NCBI GenBank assembly: GCA_963826525.1
Contig: CAWGXH010000003.1
Location: 64,001 to 128,000 of the forward strand
DNA: 64,000 nt
Direction of reading: 5' to 3'
DNA from: an uncultured Methanomicrobiaceae archaeon
Lineage (GTDB): Archaea > Halobacteriota > Methanomicrobia > Methanomicrobiales > Methanoculleaceae
Positions 20,578 to 30,480 of the stretch are shown here, in pieces. Under the pieces are notes generated by a model that saw nothing but the letters and a program-made list of their open reading frames with translations, did no database searches and was not told where the DNA came from. Within the stretch, counting starts at the first letter, position 1, and every line of letters begins with the position of its first letter. The position numbers were made by a program, and so were the translations under genes.

Positions 20578-21362
20578 CGCCGCACCCCCATCGCCGGCCT
20601 GCTGCGCCTGACGAGCTCGCCGACCGTGAACATATCCTCGGGGACCGGTCTCCCCTCGCTCTCGAGCCTTCGCTTCTTCTCGACGAGGAGTGCGTGCGTC
20701 CGCATATGTTCGATCATATCCGAGACTTTCCGGAGTTTGTTCCGGCGGCCGTAGTTCGTCGGGCACTGCGTCACCACCTCGATGAACGAGAGCCCCGGTG
20801 TCTGCATGCCGGCGGTGATCGCCCGCGTGAGCTCCTTGACGTGGTATGCCGTCCACCGGGCGACGTAGTTTGCGCCGGCGGCGACGGCGAGCTCCGCAAG
20901 ATCGAAGGTCGGTTCGGCGGATCCGTAGGGTGTCGTCGTCGACTGCGCTCCCATCGGGGTGGTGGGGCTTCCCTGCCCCCCGGTCATCCCGTAGATCTGG
21001 TTGTTCATGCAGACGACCGTCATATCGACGTTCCGCCGGCAGGCGTGGATGAAGTGGTTGCCTCCGATGGCGGCAAGGTCGCCGTCGCCGGTGAAGACGA
21101 CCACGTTCAGGTCGGGTTTTGCCATCTTCACGCCGGTGGCGAAGGCCAGTGCCCGGCCGTGCGTGGTGTGGAGTGAATCGGTCTCGATGTAACCCGGTGC
21201 CCGGGAGGAGCACCCGATTCCGGAGACGAAGACGGTATTGTCGCGCTCCCATCCCATCCCGGTGACGGCGGCGAGGGTGCAGTTGATGACCGTGCCGTTC
21301 CCGCACCCGGCGCAGTAGATGTGGGGCAGCCGATCGGTTCTGAACCAGTCTTCGACGTTCAT
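20574..21362 (-). CDS. korB: 2-oxoglutarate:ferredoxin oxidoreductase beta subunit
   Basis: YCAGCGNG, SGIGCS, HTTHGRA, TPP-binding GDGD...NN, YGMTGGQ. Confidence 0.9.
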   Translation of the reverse strand: MNVEDWFRTDRLPHIYCAGCGNGTVINCTLAAVTGMGWERDNTVFVSGIGCSSRAPGYIETDSLHTTHGRALAFATGVKMAKPDLNVVVFTGDGDLAAIGGNHFIHACRRNVDMTVVCMNNQIYGMTGGQGSPTTPMGAQSTTTPYGSAEPTFDLAELAVAAGANYVARWTAYHVKELTRAITAGMQTPGLSFIEVVTQCPTNYGRRNKLRKVSDMIEHMRTHALLVEKKRRLESEGRPVPEDMFTVGELVRRSRPAMGVRR

Positions 21363-22459
21363 CGCACCGCCTCCAGCGCTGCCGCGAGTTCGGCAGGGGT
21401 ATGGAGCTCCCCGCCGATCTTCGGGAGCATGACGACCTTCTGGTCGACGTGCCGCTCGACCTCCCGTGCAATCTGCCCCAGATTCAGTTCCGGCATCAGG
21501 AAGACCTTCGCATCTGCAAACTCTTTGAGGGCGAACTCGGGGAACGGCCAGACCACCTTCAGGCGGAGGTGCCCGATATTCTCGTCCGGCAGGTCGTGCA
21601 TGAGCTGCTGCACCGTCCGCGACGGCGGGCCGTAGGTGACGAAGACGAACTCTGCGTCCGGGTTCGTCACTTCGTAGTCCGCCATCTCGCGGCGTGCCGA
21701 CTCGACCTTTCGCATCAGGCGCCGCACCAGGGCGTCGTGCGCCTCGGGATCCGTCGTATCCGGGTAGCCGCGCTCGTTGTGCGTGAGGCCCGTCACGTGG
21801 ACGTGCCGTCCCGTCCCGAACGGGGCGAACCCGGGTATGCCGTCAGGATCCGCCTCAAACGGCAGTTTACCCTCTGCGAGGGGGCGCCGGGGGACGGTCT
21901 CGACCGAGTCCGGGATGACGACCTTCTCCCGCATGTGGCCGATGATCTCGTCCGACATCAGGAAGACCGGCACCCGGTAGCGGTCGGCGAGGTTGAAGGC
22001 CTTCGCCGTCAGGTCGAACATCTCCTGGACGCTATTCGGGGTGATCGCGATCGCGCTGTAATCACCGTGCGACCCGAACCGGCACTGCATCATATCTCCC
22101 TGCGCCGCCCTGGTCGGCTGGCCGGTGCTCGGGCCGCCGCGCTGGATATTGACGATGACAAGGGGCGTCTCGGTCATGACAGCGTAGCCGATATTCTCCA
22201 TCATCAGCGAAAAGCCGGGCCCGCTCGTGGCGGTCATTGCTCTCGCCCCCGTCCAGGCGGCTCCGATCACCGAGGCGATGCTCCCTATCTCGTCTTCCAT
22301 GGAGATGAACGTCCCGCCGACTTTCGGAAGTCTCCGCGCCATAAGCTCCGCGACCTCCGTCGACGGCGTGATGGGGTAGCCCCCGAAGTACCGGCAGCCT
22401 GCGGCGAGCGCCCCTTCGGCGCAAGCAGTATTGCCCTGCATGAACTCAACTTTGCTCAA
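21359..22459 (-). CDS. korA: 2-oxoglutarate:ferredoxin oxidoreductase alpha subunit
   Basis: MQGNTACAEGA, YPITPSTE, MEDEI, TATSGPGFSLM, QRGGPSTG; probable TTG start at 22459. Confidence 0.9.
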   Translation of the reverse strand: MSKVEFMQGNTACAEGALAAGCRYFGGYPITPSTEVAELMARRLPKVGGTFISMEDEIGSIASVIGAAWTGARAMTATSGPGFSLMMENIGYAVMTETPLVIVNIQRGGPSTGQPTRAAQGDMMQCRFGSHGDYSAIAITPNSVQEMFDLTAKAFNLADRYRVPVFLMSDEIIGHMREKVVIPDSVETVPRRPLAEGKLPFEADPDGIPGFAPFGTGRHVHVTGLTHNERGYPDTTDPEAHDALVRRLMRKVESARREMADYEVTNPDAEFVFVTYGPPSRTVQQLMHDLPDENIGHLRLKVVWPFPEFALKEFADAKVFLMPELNLGQIAREVERHVDQKVVMLPKIGGELHTPAELAAALEAVR

Positions 22460-22730
22460 AACTCGACCTCCACTCTGTGCGGCTCGAACGGTTTCTCCTC
22501 TTCCCAGTGTATCGCCTGATCCGGGCAGATCATGCTGCAGACTCCGCAGAGCATCCGGCCGTAGAGGTGCCGGAGGCGGCAGTTCGTGCACCGCTCCGGG
22601 CGATCGAGGACGGGGACGACGATCCCCCGGCGGTTCGGCGTTTTTCCCTCCTGAAATATGGAGGTACAGGACAGACCAGAACACAGAGATTGCAGCCTTT
22701 GCAGCGGCTTTCATCGATGACGAGCTTCAT
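22456..22730 (-). CDS. korD: Ferredoxin-like delta subunit of 2-oxoacid oxidoreductase (frameshifted near 22665)
   Basis: CKGCNLCVLVCP, then CTNC...CGVCSMICPDQAI in another frame (2x[4Fe-4S]). Confidence 0.8.
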
Positions 22731-23284
22731 GGGACGTATCCTGATTCGTTATTGAATTCGCGGTTAAATTGTGTTTTCGCTTTACTTCTCACCGCTTCAA
22801 AGAGATCGCCGCCGTGAGCGTCTATCCCGACGGTCAGGGGCAGCTCGTCGACCTCGATGACCCAGACCGCCTCCGCCATGCCGAGATCTTCGAAGTAGAC
22901 GCCGACAAGGCGCATGCGGGCGGCGGCAAGCGCTGCACACCCCCCGGTGAACGCGAGGTAAACGGCGCGGCCGCGGAGCTGGCGGACAACCTCCCCGCTC
23001 ATGCCTCCCTTTCCGATGAGGGCGCGGACACCCGCGTCGAGCACGAATCCGGTGAGCGTATTCATCCGGGCGGAGGTGGTGGGGCCGGCGACGACGATCC
23101 GGTTGTCCTGGACGATGGGTCCGCAGTGGTAGATCACGGCCCCTTTCGGATCGAAGGGGATCCCTTCCTCCAGCATCCGGAGGTGCGCCTCGTCGCGGGC
23201 AGTGTAGATAGTCCCCGAGAGTGTTACCCGGTCGCCCGCCCGGAGCGAGAGAACCTCGTCGCCGAGCGGTGTCGTCAGGTTCAT
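22727..23284 (-). CDS. Fe-S fumarate hydratase beta subunit
   Basis: GTIYTARDEAH, YHCGP, GPTTSARM, IGKGGM, GMAEAVW; TCA-gene context. Confidence 0.88.
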   Translation of the reverse strand: MNLTTPLGDEVLSLRAGDRVTLSGTIYTARDEAHLRMLEEGIPFDPKGAVIYHCGPIVQDNRIVVAGPTTSARMNTLTGFVLDAGVRALIGKGGMSGEVVRQLRGRAVYLAFTGGCAALAAARMRLVGVYFEDLGMAEAVWVIEVDELPLTVGIDAHGGDLFEAVRSKAKTQFNREFNNESGYVP

Positions 23285-24123
23285 CGGTCTGCCTCCACCG
23301 GGACGGTCGCTCTCCGGCATGCCCAGCACTGGATATTCACGGCGACCGGCAGCGAGGCGGTGTGGCAGTCGGCACGCTTCACCTTGACCGCAAGCGCCGT
23401 GGTAGTGCCGCCGAGCCCCATCGGGCCGATCCCGAGCCGGTTGATGGCATCGCAGATCTCGGTTTCATAGGGATCCATCACGTTGATAGGGTCGAGCAGC
23501 GCTTCTTTCGCGAGTGCCGCCGCCATATCGAACGTCCCGCCTATGCCGACACCGACGACGATCGGCGGGCAGGGTTTTCCGCCGGCGATGAGGACAGTCT
23601 CCACCACGAACCGCGGGATATCGCCCGCCTGCGAAGGGAGGAGCATACCGATCCGGGAAGCGTTCTCGGAGCCCGCACCCTTCGGAAGGACGGTGACCTC
23701 GAAGCGTTCTCCCGGACGAACGTGGATCGCGGGCATCCCGGTCCCGGTGTTGTCTCCTGTATTTGCCCGAGTCAGCGGATCGACGACGTTCGGGCGGAGC
23801 GGGACCACTCTCGTGGCACGGCGAACACCCTCCCGGACCGCCTCGTAGAGAGCCGGCGTAAACGGCACCTCGGGAGGGATCGTAAGATAGATGACCGGCA
23901 CTCCCGTATCCTGACAGATCGGAACTCTCCTCTCGCCGGCGATGGCGATATTCTCGAGGATGGTCGAGAGTTCCCGTGCGGCGACGGCGTTCTCTTCGGC
24001 CGCCGCCGCCCGTTCCAGCGTCTCGAGGACGTCGGGGGGAAGCTCGATCTCCGCCTGCTGTAGAGCCCGGCACGTTGCACGGGTGAGTGCGTCCAGAAGT
24101 GGGGAATCCGCCGGATTGTCCAT
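23281..24123 (-). CDS. Fe-S fumarate hydratase alpha subunit
   Basis: PICQDTG, PKGAGSEN, PCPP, GPMGLGG, HTASLPVAVNIQCWACR. Confidence 0.9.
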   Translation of the reverse strand: MDNPADSPLLDALTRATCRALQQAEIELPPDVLETLERAAAAEENAVAARELSTILENIAIAGERRVPICQDTGVPVIYLTIPPEVPFTPALYEAVREGVRRATRVVPLRPNVVDPLTRANTGDNTGTGMPAIHVRPGERFEVTVLPKGAGSENASRIGMLLPSQAGDIPRFVVETVLIAGGKPCPPIVVGVGIGGTFDMAAALAKEALLDPINVMDPYETEICDAINRLGIGPMGLGGTTTALAVKVKRADCHTASLPVAVNIQCWACRRATVPVEADR

Positions 24124-24279
24124 TATTTATAATGGAGAGAAGACACTATAAAAATCTATATTCCCGCCCGTTTGCCCGGGAGCTCGACTTCCCGGATATG
24201 CGGTGCGCACCGCTCCCGTGGGAAGCGCTGCGACTCGCCTCCTGCTTCCGGGTGCGGCGGAAAAATGGGAGAAGGGGAT

Positions 24280-24795
24280 TTATTGTGACACGGGGTGCTC
24301 TTCGATAACGATGCGTGCAGGTGAGGGGAGCTTGTACGTGCCGTTTCTGATGGCGGCTTTTGCCTTATCCACGTACTGTTGGGTCGTCCAGACCGAGAAG
24401 ATCTTCTGGTCCCTCTCCACGCGTGCTGCGGTACCGACGGCCTTGCCGAACGCGAGCCGCATACCTTCCGAGACACGGTCCGCACCTGCGCCGGTCGCCT
24501 GCTTGTTCTCGCGGAGCACGTGGTGGGGGTAAGTCCGAAGCTTCAGGTGGAAGTTCATCCTGCCGACATCCTTGGTGAGCTTACGGTTAATGCTGATACG
24601 GGCTGCCTCGAGGGCGGTGTGGCGGATCTGGCAGGCTTCCATGACCTCGATGGAGAGCTCGATGGGGAAATCCACCTGAAGATTACCCATGTCAAACTGC
24701 ACGATCTTGCTGCCCGGGACCCCGCCCATATATTCTCTTCGCGTATATGCCTTCTTTGCGAGATTCCTGTACATCTTTGCCGGTTTACGTACCAT
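24280..24795 (-). CDS. rpl10e: 50S ribosomal protein L10e (uL16)
   Basis: [44 protein letters not shown]. Confidence 0.97.
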   Translation of the reverse strand: MVRKPAKMYRNLAKKAYTRREYMGGVPGSKIVQFDMGNLQVDFPIELSIEVMEACQIRHTALEAARISINRKLTKDVGRMNFHLKLRTYPHHVLRENKQATGAGADRVSEGMRLAFGKAVGTAARVERDQKIFSVWTTQQYVDKAKAAIRNGTYKLPSPARIVIEEHPVSQ

Positions 24796-24856
24796 CGATA
24801 AGAACTCCTGCCTATGGTTGAGTGCTTTATAAAATGGAGATGTTTTCTAATAAATC

Positions 24857-25615
24857 TTACTGGAATTGTTCACCTTCGTTTATCAGCTCGAGCACGTGGC
24901 GCCTGATCTCCGCGAATTCGGTACTCGTCCGATCCCTCGGCCGCGGCCAGGGGAGATCGAGGATCTCTCTGACCGTCCCGGGGCGGCCGGAGAGGATGAC
25001 GATCCTGTCGGAGAGGTAAACGGCCTCATCGACGCTGTGAGTGACGAAGATGATCGTCTTTTTCGTCTGCTCCCAGATGGAGAGGAGCTCTTTCTGCATT
25101 CGGTTCCGGGTCTGGGCGTCGAGCGCACCGAACGGTTCGTCCATGAGGAGGACGTCCGGGTCGTTCGCGAGCGCCCGGGCGATAGCCACCCGCTGCCGCA
25201 TGCCGCCCGAGAGTTCGAAAGGATAGTGATCGCGAAACTCGTCGAGGCCGACGAGGGTGAGATACTCTCCGGCGATCCGGCGGCGCTCGGCCTTCGAAAT
25301 ACCTTTCATCTCAAGGCCGAAGGCGATGTTGTCCGTCACCGTCCGCCAGGGGAAGAGCGAGTACTCCTGAAAGACCATTCCCCGTTTCGGGTCGGGGCTC
25401 CTGATCTCCCGGCCGTCGACGGTGACGCTCCCCGAGGTTGCCGTCTCGAGGCCGGCGACGATCCGAAGCAGGGTCGTCTTGCCGCACCCCGAAGGCCCGA
25501 CGAGACAGACGAACTCGTCGTCGCGGATCTCGAGGTTGATATCGTGGAGTGCGGTGATCGTCTCGTCTTCTTTTGCAAATGCCTTCGAGAGATCCCTGAT
25601 GACGACACGGCCCAT
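24857..25615 (-). CDS. ABC transporter ATP-binding protein (nitrate/sulfonate type)
   Basis: GPSGCGKT, LSGGMRQR, LLMDEPFGALD, VTHSVDEA. Confidence 0.92.
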   Translation of the reverse strand: MGRVVIRDLSKAFAKEDETITALHDINLEIRDDEFVCLVGPSGCGKTTLLRIVAGLETATSGSVTVDGREIRSPDPKRGMVFQEYSLFPWRTVTDNIAFGLEMKGISKAERRRIAGEYLTLVGLDEFRDHYPFELSGGMRQRVAIARALANDPDVLLMDEPFGALDAQTRNRMQKELLSIWEQTKKTIIFVTHSVDEAVYLSDRIVILSGRPGTVREILDLPWPRPRDRTSTEFAEIRRHVLELINEGEQFQ

Positions 25616-25616
25616 A

Positions 25617-26402
25617 TCACACCACCTCTCCTGCCCGCCACTTGAGGAACTGGTTGTCCGTGTATACCCGGAAGAGTCGGTCGATGACAAGGCCGAGGAA
25701 GCCGAGAATGAGCATATACACGACGACGTTCGGCATATTCTGGAGCGAATAGGAGACCCAGAGTTTGTGGCCGATGCCGAACCGGCTGACTCCGAAGATC
25801 TCGGCGGCGACGAGACACATCCATCCGACCCCCATGGCAACGCGGATGCCGGAGGCAATCGCGGGAAGGGCTGCCGGGAGGGCGATATAGCGAATCAGCT
25901 TGCTATTCGTATCGCATCCGAGCACCTTTCCCGCCTCAACGAAGGTCTTCGGGACACCGCGAAGCCCGGTATAGGTGCCGATCAGGATAGGAAAGAACGC
26001 GCCGGCGAAGATGACGAAGCCCGCTGCCTGGGTCGTGAGGCCGAACCAGATGATGGCGAACGGGATCCAGGCGAGCGGCGGTATGGGGCGTAAGACTTCG
26101 ATGATCGGATCCATCAGGGTATCCAGCGTCCGGAACCAGCCCATGCCGACGCCGAGCGGGATGCCGATCAGGAGCGCCGCCCCGAGACCGACGCCGAAGT
26201 GCAGCAGGCTCGTCCCAAGGTCGATCGGAAGCGGTGTGAGCACGGCCGGTGAGAGAAATGCAGAGACGACATCGGTAAAACTCGGGAGAATGACCCGGTT
26301 GTCGACGAACGCCGCCACGACCTGCCAGAGTATGATGGCGCCGGCAATGGATGCGGCCGTCAGGATTCCTCGCCGGGCTCGTGAATGCAATCTGATATTC
26401 AT
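25617..26402 (-). CDS. ABC transporter permease (SsuC/NrtB-like)
   Basis: LRPIPPLAWIP, EAA-loop EAGKVLG, WMCLVAAE. Confidence 0.9.
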   Translation of the reverse strand: MNIRLHSRARRGILTAASIAGAIILWQVVAAFVDNRVILPSFTDVVSAFLSPAVLTPLPIDLGTSLLHFGVGLGAALLIGIPLGVGMGWFRTLDTLMDPIIEVLRPIPPLAWIPFAIIWFGLTTQAAGFVIFAGAFFPILIGTYTGLRGVPKTFVEAGKVLGCDTNSKLIRYIALPAALPAIASGIRVAMGVGWMCLVAAEIFGVSRFGIGHKLWVSYSLQNMPNVVVYMLILGFLGLVIDRLFRVYTDNQFLKWRAGEVV

Positions 26403-26522
26403 GACATATTCCGGTTGATCGATGAATGAGTTTTTTAATTCTTGTTCTACTGCAGTAGATTTTCCACTATTTCGTCGCTACGTACGTAAAAGAATGTTTT
26501 GAAAAAGGGATGAGATCCGGCT

Positions 26523-27518
26523 TTAGGCCGTGGCTTTTTCGTAGAACGAGAGGTCGAAGATCTCGTCCTGGGTGAGCGGCTTGTTGACGTAGCCGAGGTC
26601 GTGCTGGATCTCTGTGTAGCTCACCACGGAGTCGGTGATGAGGTTCGGGTCCGATACCCAGGTGCCGTCCCATTCCGCGAAGGACTGCTTCACGACGTTG
26701 ATATCCTGTGCGGTCTTGTTCGCGAAAATTGCGGCAGCATCGTCCTCGTTCGCAAGGTTGTAGTCGGTCGCCTTGATGTGGGTCTTCACGATCTGCTCGA
26801 CGAGCTCGGGCTGCTCGCGGATCAGCTTGCCGCTGACGACCAGAACGCAGCAGGCGTGATCGGGCTGCATCTCGCCGGAGGCGACGACCGAACGGCCGTT
26901 CCCGTTGCTCTCGATGATCGCAGGCGATGGGTGCGGGAGGAAGACGCCGTCGACCTGGTCTGCAGCGATCGCGGTCATCGCGTCACCGGGTGCCATGGCC
27001 ACGATGGTGACGTCCTCATCCGGAGTGAGGTTGTTTGAAAGCAGCCAGTTCCGCAGGAGGGTGTCCTGGATGGTGCCGGGGGGGAAGGTCGCTATCTTCA
27101 GGCCTTTGAGGTCTGCGGGGCTCGCGTATGCGACTTCCGGACGCAGGACGAGGTTTGACCCCTGCGTCTGCACTGCCGCGACGATCTTTGCATCAAGGTC
27201 GCTGTTTGCCATCGCGACGATCGCCGGTGCGGCGCCGACATAGGCGATATCAATCTGATCGGCAATCATCGCCTGCATCTCGGGCGCACCGGTGGGGAAC
27301 TCGGTGTCGGTCACGGTGGTGACGCCGTAGGGTGCGAGGTCTTCCTGCCACCATCCCTTCTCCATCGCCGTCATCTCGGCGATCTGGTGGGTGCTTGGCT
27401 GATAGCCGATGCGAAGGGCGGTAACCTGCTGCTCTCCGCCGGTGCCGGTGCATCCGCTGACAAGGATCAGGGCTACGAGAACCACGGCGGCCATAAGGAC
27501 GGAAACTATCTTTCTCAT
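26523..27518 (-). CDS. ABC transporter substrate-binding lipoprotein (SsuA/NrtA-like)
   Basis: Lipobox LVSGC, IGYQPSTH, DLKGLKIA, HACCVLVV. Confidence 0.88.
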   Translation of the reverse strand: MRKIVSVLMAAVVLVALILVSGCTGTGGEQQVTALRIGYQPSTHQIAEMTAMEKGWWQEDLAPYGVTTVTDTEFPTGAPEMQAMIADQIDIAYVGAAPAIVAMANSDLDAKIVAAVQTQGSNLVLRPEVAYASPADLKGLKIATFPPGTIQDTLLRNWLLSNNLTPDEDVTIVAMAPGDAMTAIAADQVDGVFLPHPSPAIIESNGNGRSVVASGEMQPDHACCVLVVSGKLIREQPELVEQIVKTHIKATDYNLANEDDAAAIFANKTAQDINVVKQSFAEWDGTWVSDPNLITDSVVSYTEIQHDLGYVNKPLTQDEIFDLSFYEKATA

Positions 27519-27775
27519 ATGTAATACCTCTCTCCGATACCTTTGTATCTGATAAACGTGTGCCCTGTCACTATAAAAGAATGCCGAAAATCCGGGAGAA
27601 TGTTATATTATAGTATGATTTATAGACAAAATTGTATCCTTTAAGGCTAGTATTATGCTTCACGACAGCGATCCTGCCGCCCGCCCGGAAGGGCCTGCCG
27701 CTCCTCTACCGGGGAGGGGCGTGGCCTTAATCAGTCTTCGGAGCGAACCGTAATGAACGAAGGATTGTTGATAGC

Positions 27776-29254
27776 ATGCAGAAGGATCAGATTCGGCAGG
27801 GCAGACTCGCCGGTGACCGCTCGGGTGCGATACTGCACTTTCTTGCTTCCATGGAGGCTGACCGCTGGATCGCCGGGGCGGATCTCCTCGTGGATATGGC
27901 GCACCTCCTGATGCTCCGCCGCCGGGAGATCATCGACGATGCGCCTGCACGGGCGCTGATGGCGGCGCTCCTCGACCTCTATGAGCAGGGCCTGCCGGAA
28001 GCCGCCTTTGACGAGCGGTTCGAGGACGTCCACGCCGGGAAGGAGGCCTATCTCATCGAGCGTGTGGGAGAGGAGTACGGAGGCCGCCTCCACATGGGGC
28101 GTTCGCGGAACGACGAGGTGGCGACCTGCATCAGGATTCGCTTGCGGGACGAACTGCTCGGCGAGATGCAGGATCTCCTGCACCTGCGGCAGGTGCTTCT
28201 CGAGGTGGCCGGGCGGCATACGGAGACGATCATGCCCGGGTTCACGCACCTCCAGTATGCCCAGCCCACGACGCTGGCACACCATCTCCTCGCCTACGAA
28301 CAGGCGTTCTCCCGGGATTTCGACCGGCTCCGGGGCGCCTTTGAGCGGGTGAATGTCTCGCCGCTCGGCTCGGCCGCATTCGCATCGACGGGGTTTCCGA
28401 TCGACCGTGAGTACACAGCACGCCTGCTCGGTTTCTCGGGGCTTGCGACGAACACCATGGATGCGGTCTCTGCCCGGGACTTTGCGCTCGAGGCGATCAG
28501 CGCTTCGTCCATCTGCATGACGACGGCGAGCAGGCTCTGCGAGGAGCTGGTCGTCTGGAGCACGGCATTTGCACAGTTCATCCAGCTCGACGATCCCTAC
28601 TGCTCCTCAAGCTCTATCATGCCGCAGAAGAAGAACCCGGACACCGCCGAGATCATGCGGGCGAAAGCCGGTTCGGTCGCTGGAGAACTCGTCGCCGCCC
28701 TGACGATCGTCAAGGGGCTTCCGATGAGTTACAACCGCGACCTGCAGGAGCTGACCCCTCACCTCTGGAGGGCCGTGGAGGCGACCCGGCAGAGCCTGCC
28801 GCTCCTTGCAGGGATGATCGAATCGGCGGCTTTCAATACCGAACGGATGTACAGCGAGGCCGGGCGGGGTTTTTCCACCGCGACCGAGCTTGCGGACGCC
28901 CTCGTTCGCGAATTCGGGCTGCCCTTCCGGACGGCGCACCGCGTAGTCGGGCGGGCGGTCAGGCATGGGGCGCTCGACCTTGCGACCCTGGAGGCTGCGG
29001 CGGGGGAGACTGCCGGGCTCTCGCTCATCGAGCGGGGGCTGACCGAAGAGCGGGTCTCTGAGATCCTTGACGCACGGCACGGCGTCGCCGTCCGAAACGT
29101 TTCGGGAGGTCCTTCTCCCGAAGCGACCACGGCGGCCGTCGTGGAGCGAAGAAGAGCCTACAGCGACGATGCCGCCTGGGCTCTGGCCGCGGAGGCTGCC
29201 CTATCGACCGCAAAAGATCACCTGGTACACGAAGCACGGAGGCTGATAGCATAA
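27776..29254 (+). CDS. argH: Argininosuccinate lyase
   Basis: GRSRNDEV, MPGFTHLQ, SSIMPQKKNPD, YNRDLQE, PFRTAH. Confidence 0.95.
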   Translation: MQKDQIRQGRLAGDRSGAILHFLASMEADRWIAGADLLVDMAHLLMLRRREIIDDAPARALMAALLDLYEQGLPEAAFDERFEDVHAGKEAYLIERVGEEYGGRLHMGRSRNDEVATCIRIRLRDELLGEMQDLLHLRQVLLEVAGRHTETIMPGFTHLQYAQPTTLAHHLLAYEQAFSRDFDRLRGAFERVNVSPLGSAAFASTGFPIDREYTARLLGFSGLATNTMDAVSARDFALEAISASSICMTTASRLCEELVVWSTAFAQFIQLDDPYCSSSSIMPQKKNPDTAEIMRAKAGSVAGELVAALTIVKGLPMSYNRDLQELTPHLWRAVEATRQSLPLLAGMIESAAFNTERMYSEAGRGFSTATELADALVREFGLPFRTAHRVVGRAVRHGALDLATLEAAAGETAGLSLIERGLTEERVSEILDARHGVAVRNVSGGPSPEATTAAVVERRRAYSDDAAWALAAEAALSTAKDHLVHEARRLIA

Positions 29255-30480
29255 CCGAAGATATCACGAGCGGAGACCGGGTCAGGTGCACCCACGGAGG
29301 CGTATCCATGACCGGGACGTTCATCACGGATCGCGACGGTATGGCCGTCGTCAAACTCGATACCGGCTACAACATCGGTGTCTCCCCGTCGGAGGTGCAG
29401 TTCGTCGAGCGGCCGGCACCCCGGACGGCAGCGACGCCGGTCGTCATCCAGAACCCGGATCTCCCGGAGCTCTCCATCATCTCGACCGGCGGGACGATCG
29501 CGAGCAGGGTGGACTACCGGACAGGTGCGGTGACGAGCCAGTTCTCGGCAAGCGACATCCTCCGGGCGATCCCGGAGCTCGGAGACCTCGCCCGCTACCG
29601 CTCGCGGCAGCTCGCGAGCATCCTCTCCGAGAATATGCGCCCTTCGATCTGGCAGGAGCTCGCCCGGAGCATCCACGCCGAGGTCGAGAGCGGTGTCGCC
29701 GGCGTCATCGTCACCCACGGCACCGATACGATGGCCTACTCGGCGGCGGCGGTGAGTTTCATGGTCAGGAGTCCGGTGCCGATCGTCTTCGTCGGTTCGC
29801 AGCGGTCTGCCGACCGGCCGAGCAGCGACAATGCGATGAACGCTCTCTGCAGCGCCGCGGCCGCGACCGGCGACCTCGGCGAGGTGGCCGTGGTGATGCA
29901 TGCATCCACGAGCGACGACCGCTGTGCCGTGCACCGGGCGACGAAGGTTAGGAAGATGCACACCTCCCGGCGCGATGCCTTTGCAAGCCTCGGGACGGCT
30001 CCCATCGGCTACGTCGACTACCCGTCGCTCGAGGTGACGCTCTCGCCCGGAGCCGTCCGGCGGGGGACGTACGAACTCGAACTTGCCGACGAGCTCGAGG
30101 AGCGCTGCGGCCTTCTGCACTTCGCTCCCGGCATGCCGCCTGCGATCCTGGATGCCTACGAGGGGTATGCAGGCCTCATCCTCTCCGGCACCGGCCTCGG
30201 GCACGTCAGGACGGAATGGATCCCGCGGCTCGCCGAGCTCATCGCCGGCGGGACGACCGTCGTGATGACCTCCCAGTGCCTCCATGGCAGGGTCTGCGAC
30301 CGGGTCTACGATACCGGCCGCGATCTTCTCGCGATCGGCGTCATCGAGGGCGAGGATATGCTCCCCGAAGCGGCGCTCGTGAAGCTGATGTGGGTGCTCG
30401 CCCGCGAGGACGACCCCGGAAAGATACGGAGTATGATGCAGACGAGTCTTCGCGGCGAGATCTGCAGGGGGTCGCGATGA
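29251..30480 (+). CDS. gatD: Glu-tRNA(Gln) amidotransferase subunit D
   Basis: [52 protein letters not shown]; first ATG at 29308, frame open back to ATA at 29251. Confidence 0.92.
   Translation: MTEDITSGDRVRCTHGGVSMTGTFITDRDGMAVVKLDTGYNIGVSPSEVQFVERPAPRTAATPVVIQNPDLPELSIISTGGTIASRVDYRTGAVTSQFSASDILRAIPELGDLARYRSRQLASILSENMRPSIWQELARSIHAEVESGVAGVIVTHGTDTMAYSAAAVSFMVRSPVPIVFVGSQRSADRPSSDNAMNALCSAAAATGDLGEVAVVMHASTSDDRCAVHRATKVRKMHTSRRDAFASLGTAPIGYVDYPSLEVTLSPGAVRRGTYELELADELEERCGLLHFAPGMPPAILDAYEGYAGLILSGTGLGHVRTEWIPRLAELIAGGTTVVMTSQCLHGRVCDRVYDTGRDLLAIGVIEGEDMLPEAALVKLMWVLAREDDPGKIRSMMQTSLRGEICRGSR

Noticed and set aside
20038-22714. Long N-terminal extensions on korC and korA ORFs (also marker 2, gatE, ABC ATPase)
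   Set aside because: These are Arg/Pro-rich read-through of alternative frames of upstream genes in GC-rich DNA; real starts are at the 4-nt overlaps.
27690-27730. GC-rich hairpin upstream of argH as a riboswitch
   Set aside because: Imperfect stem of a kind expected by chance at this GC content; no recognisable aptamer.
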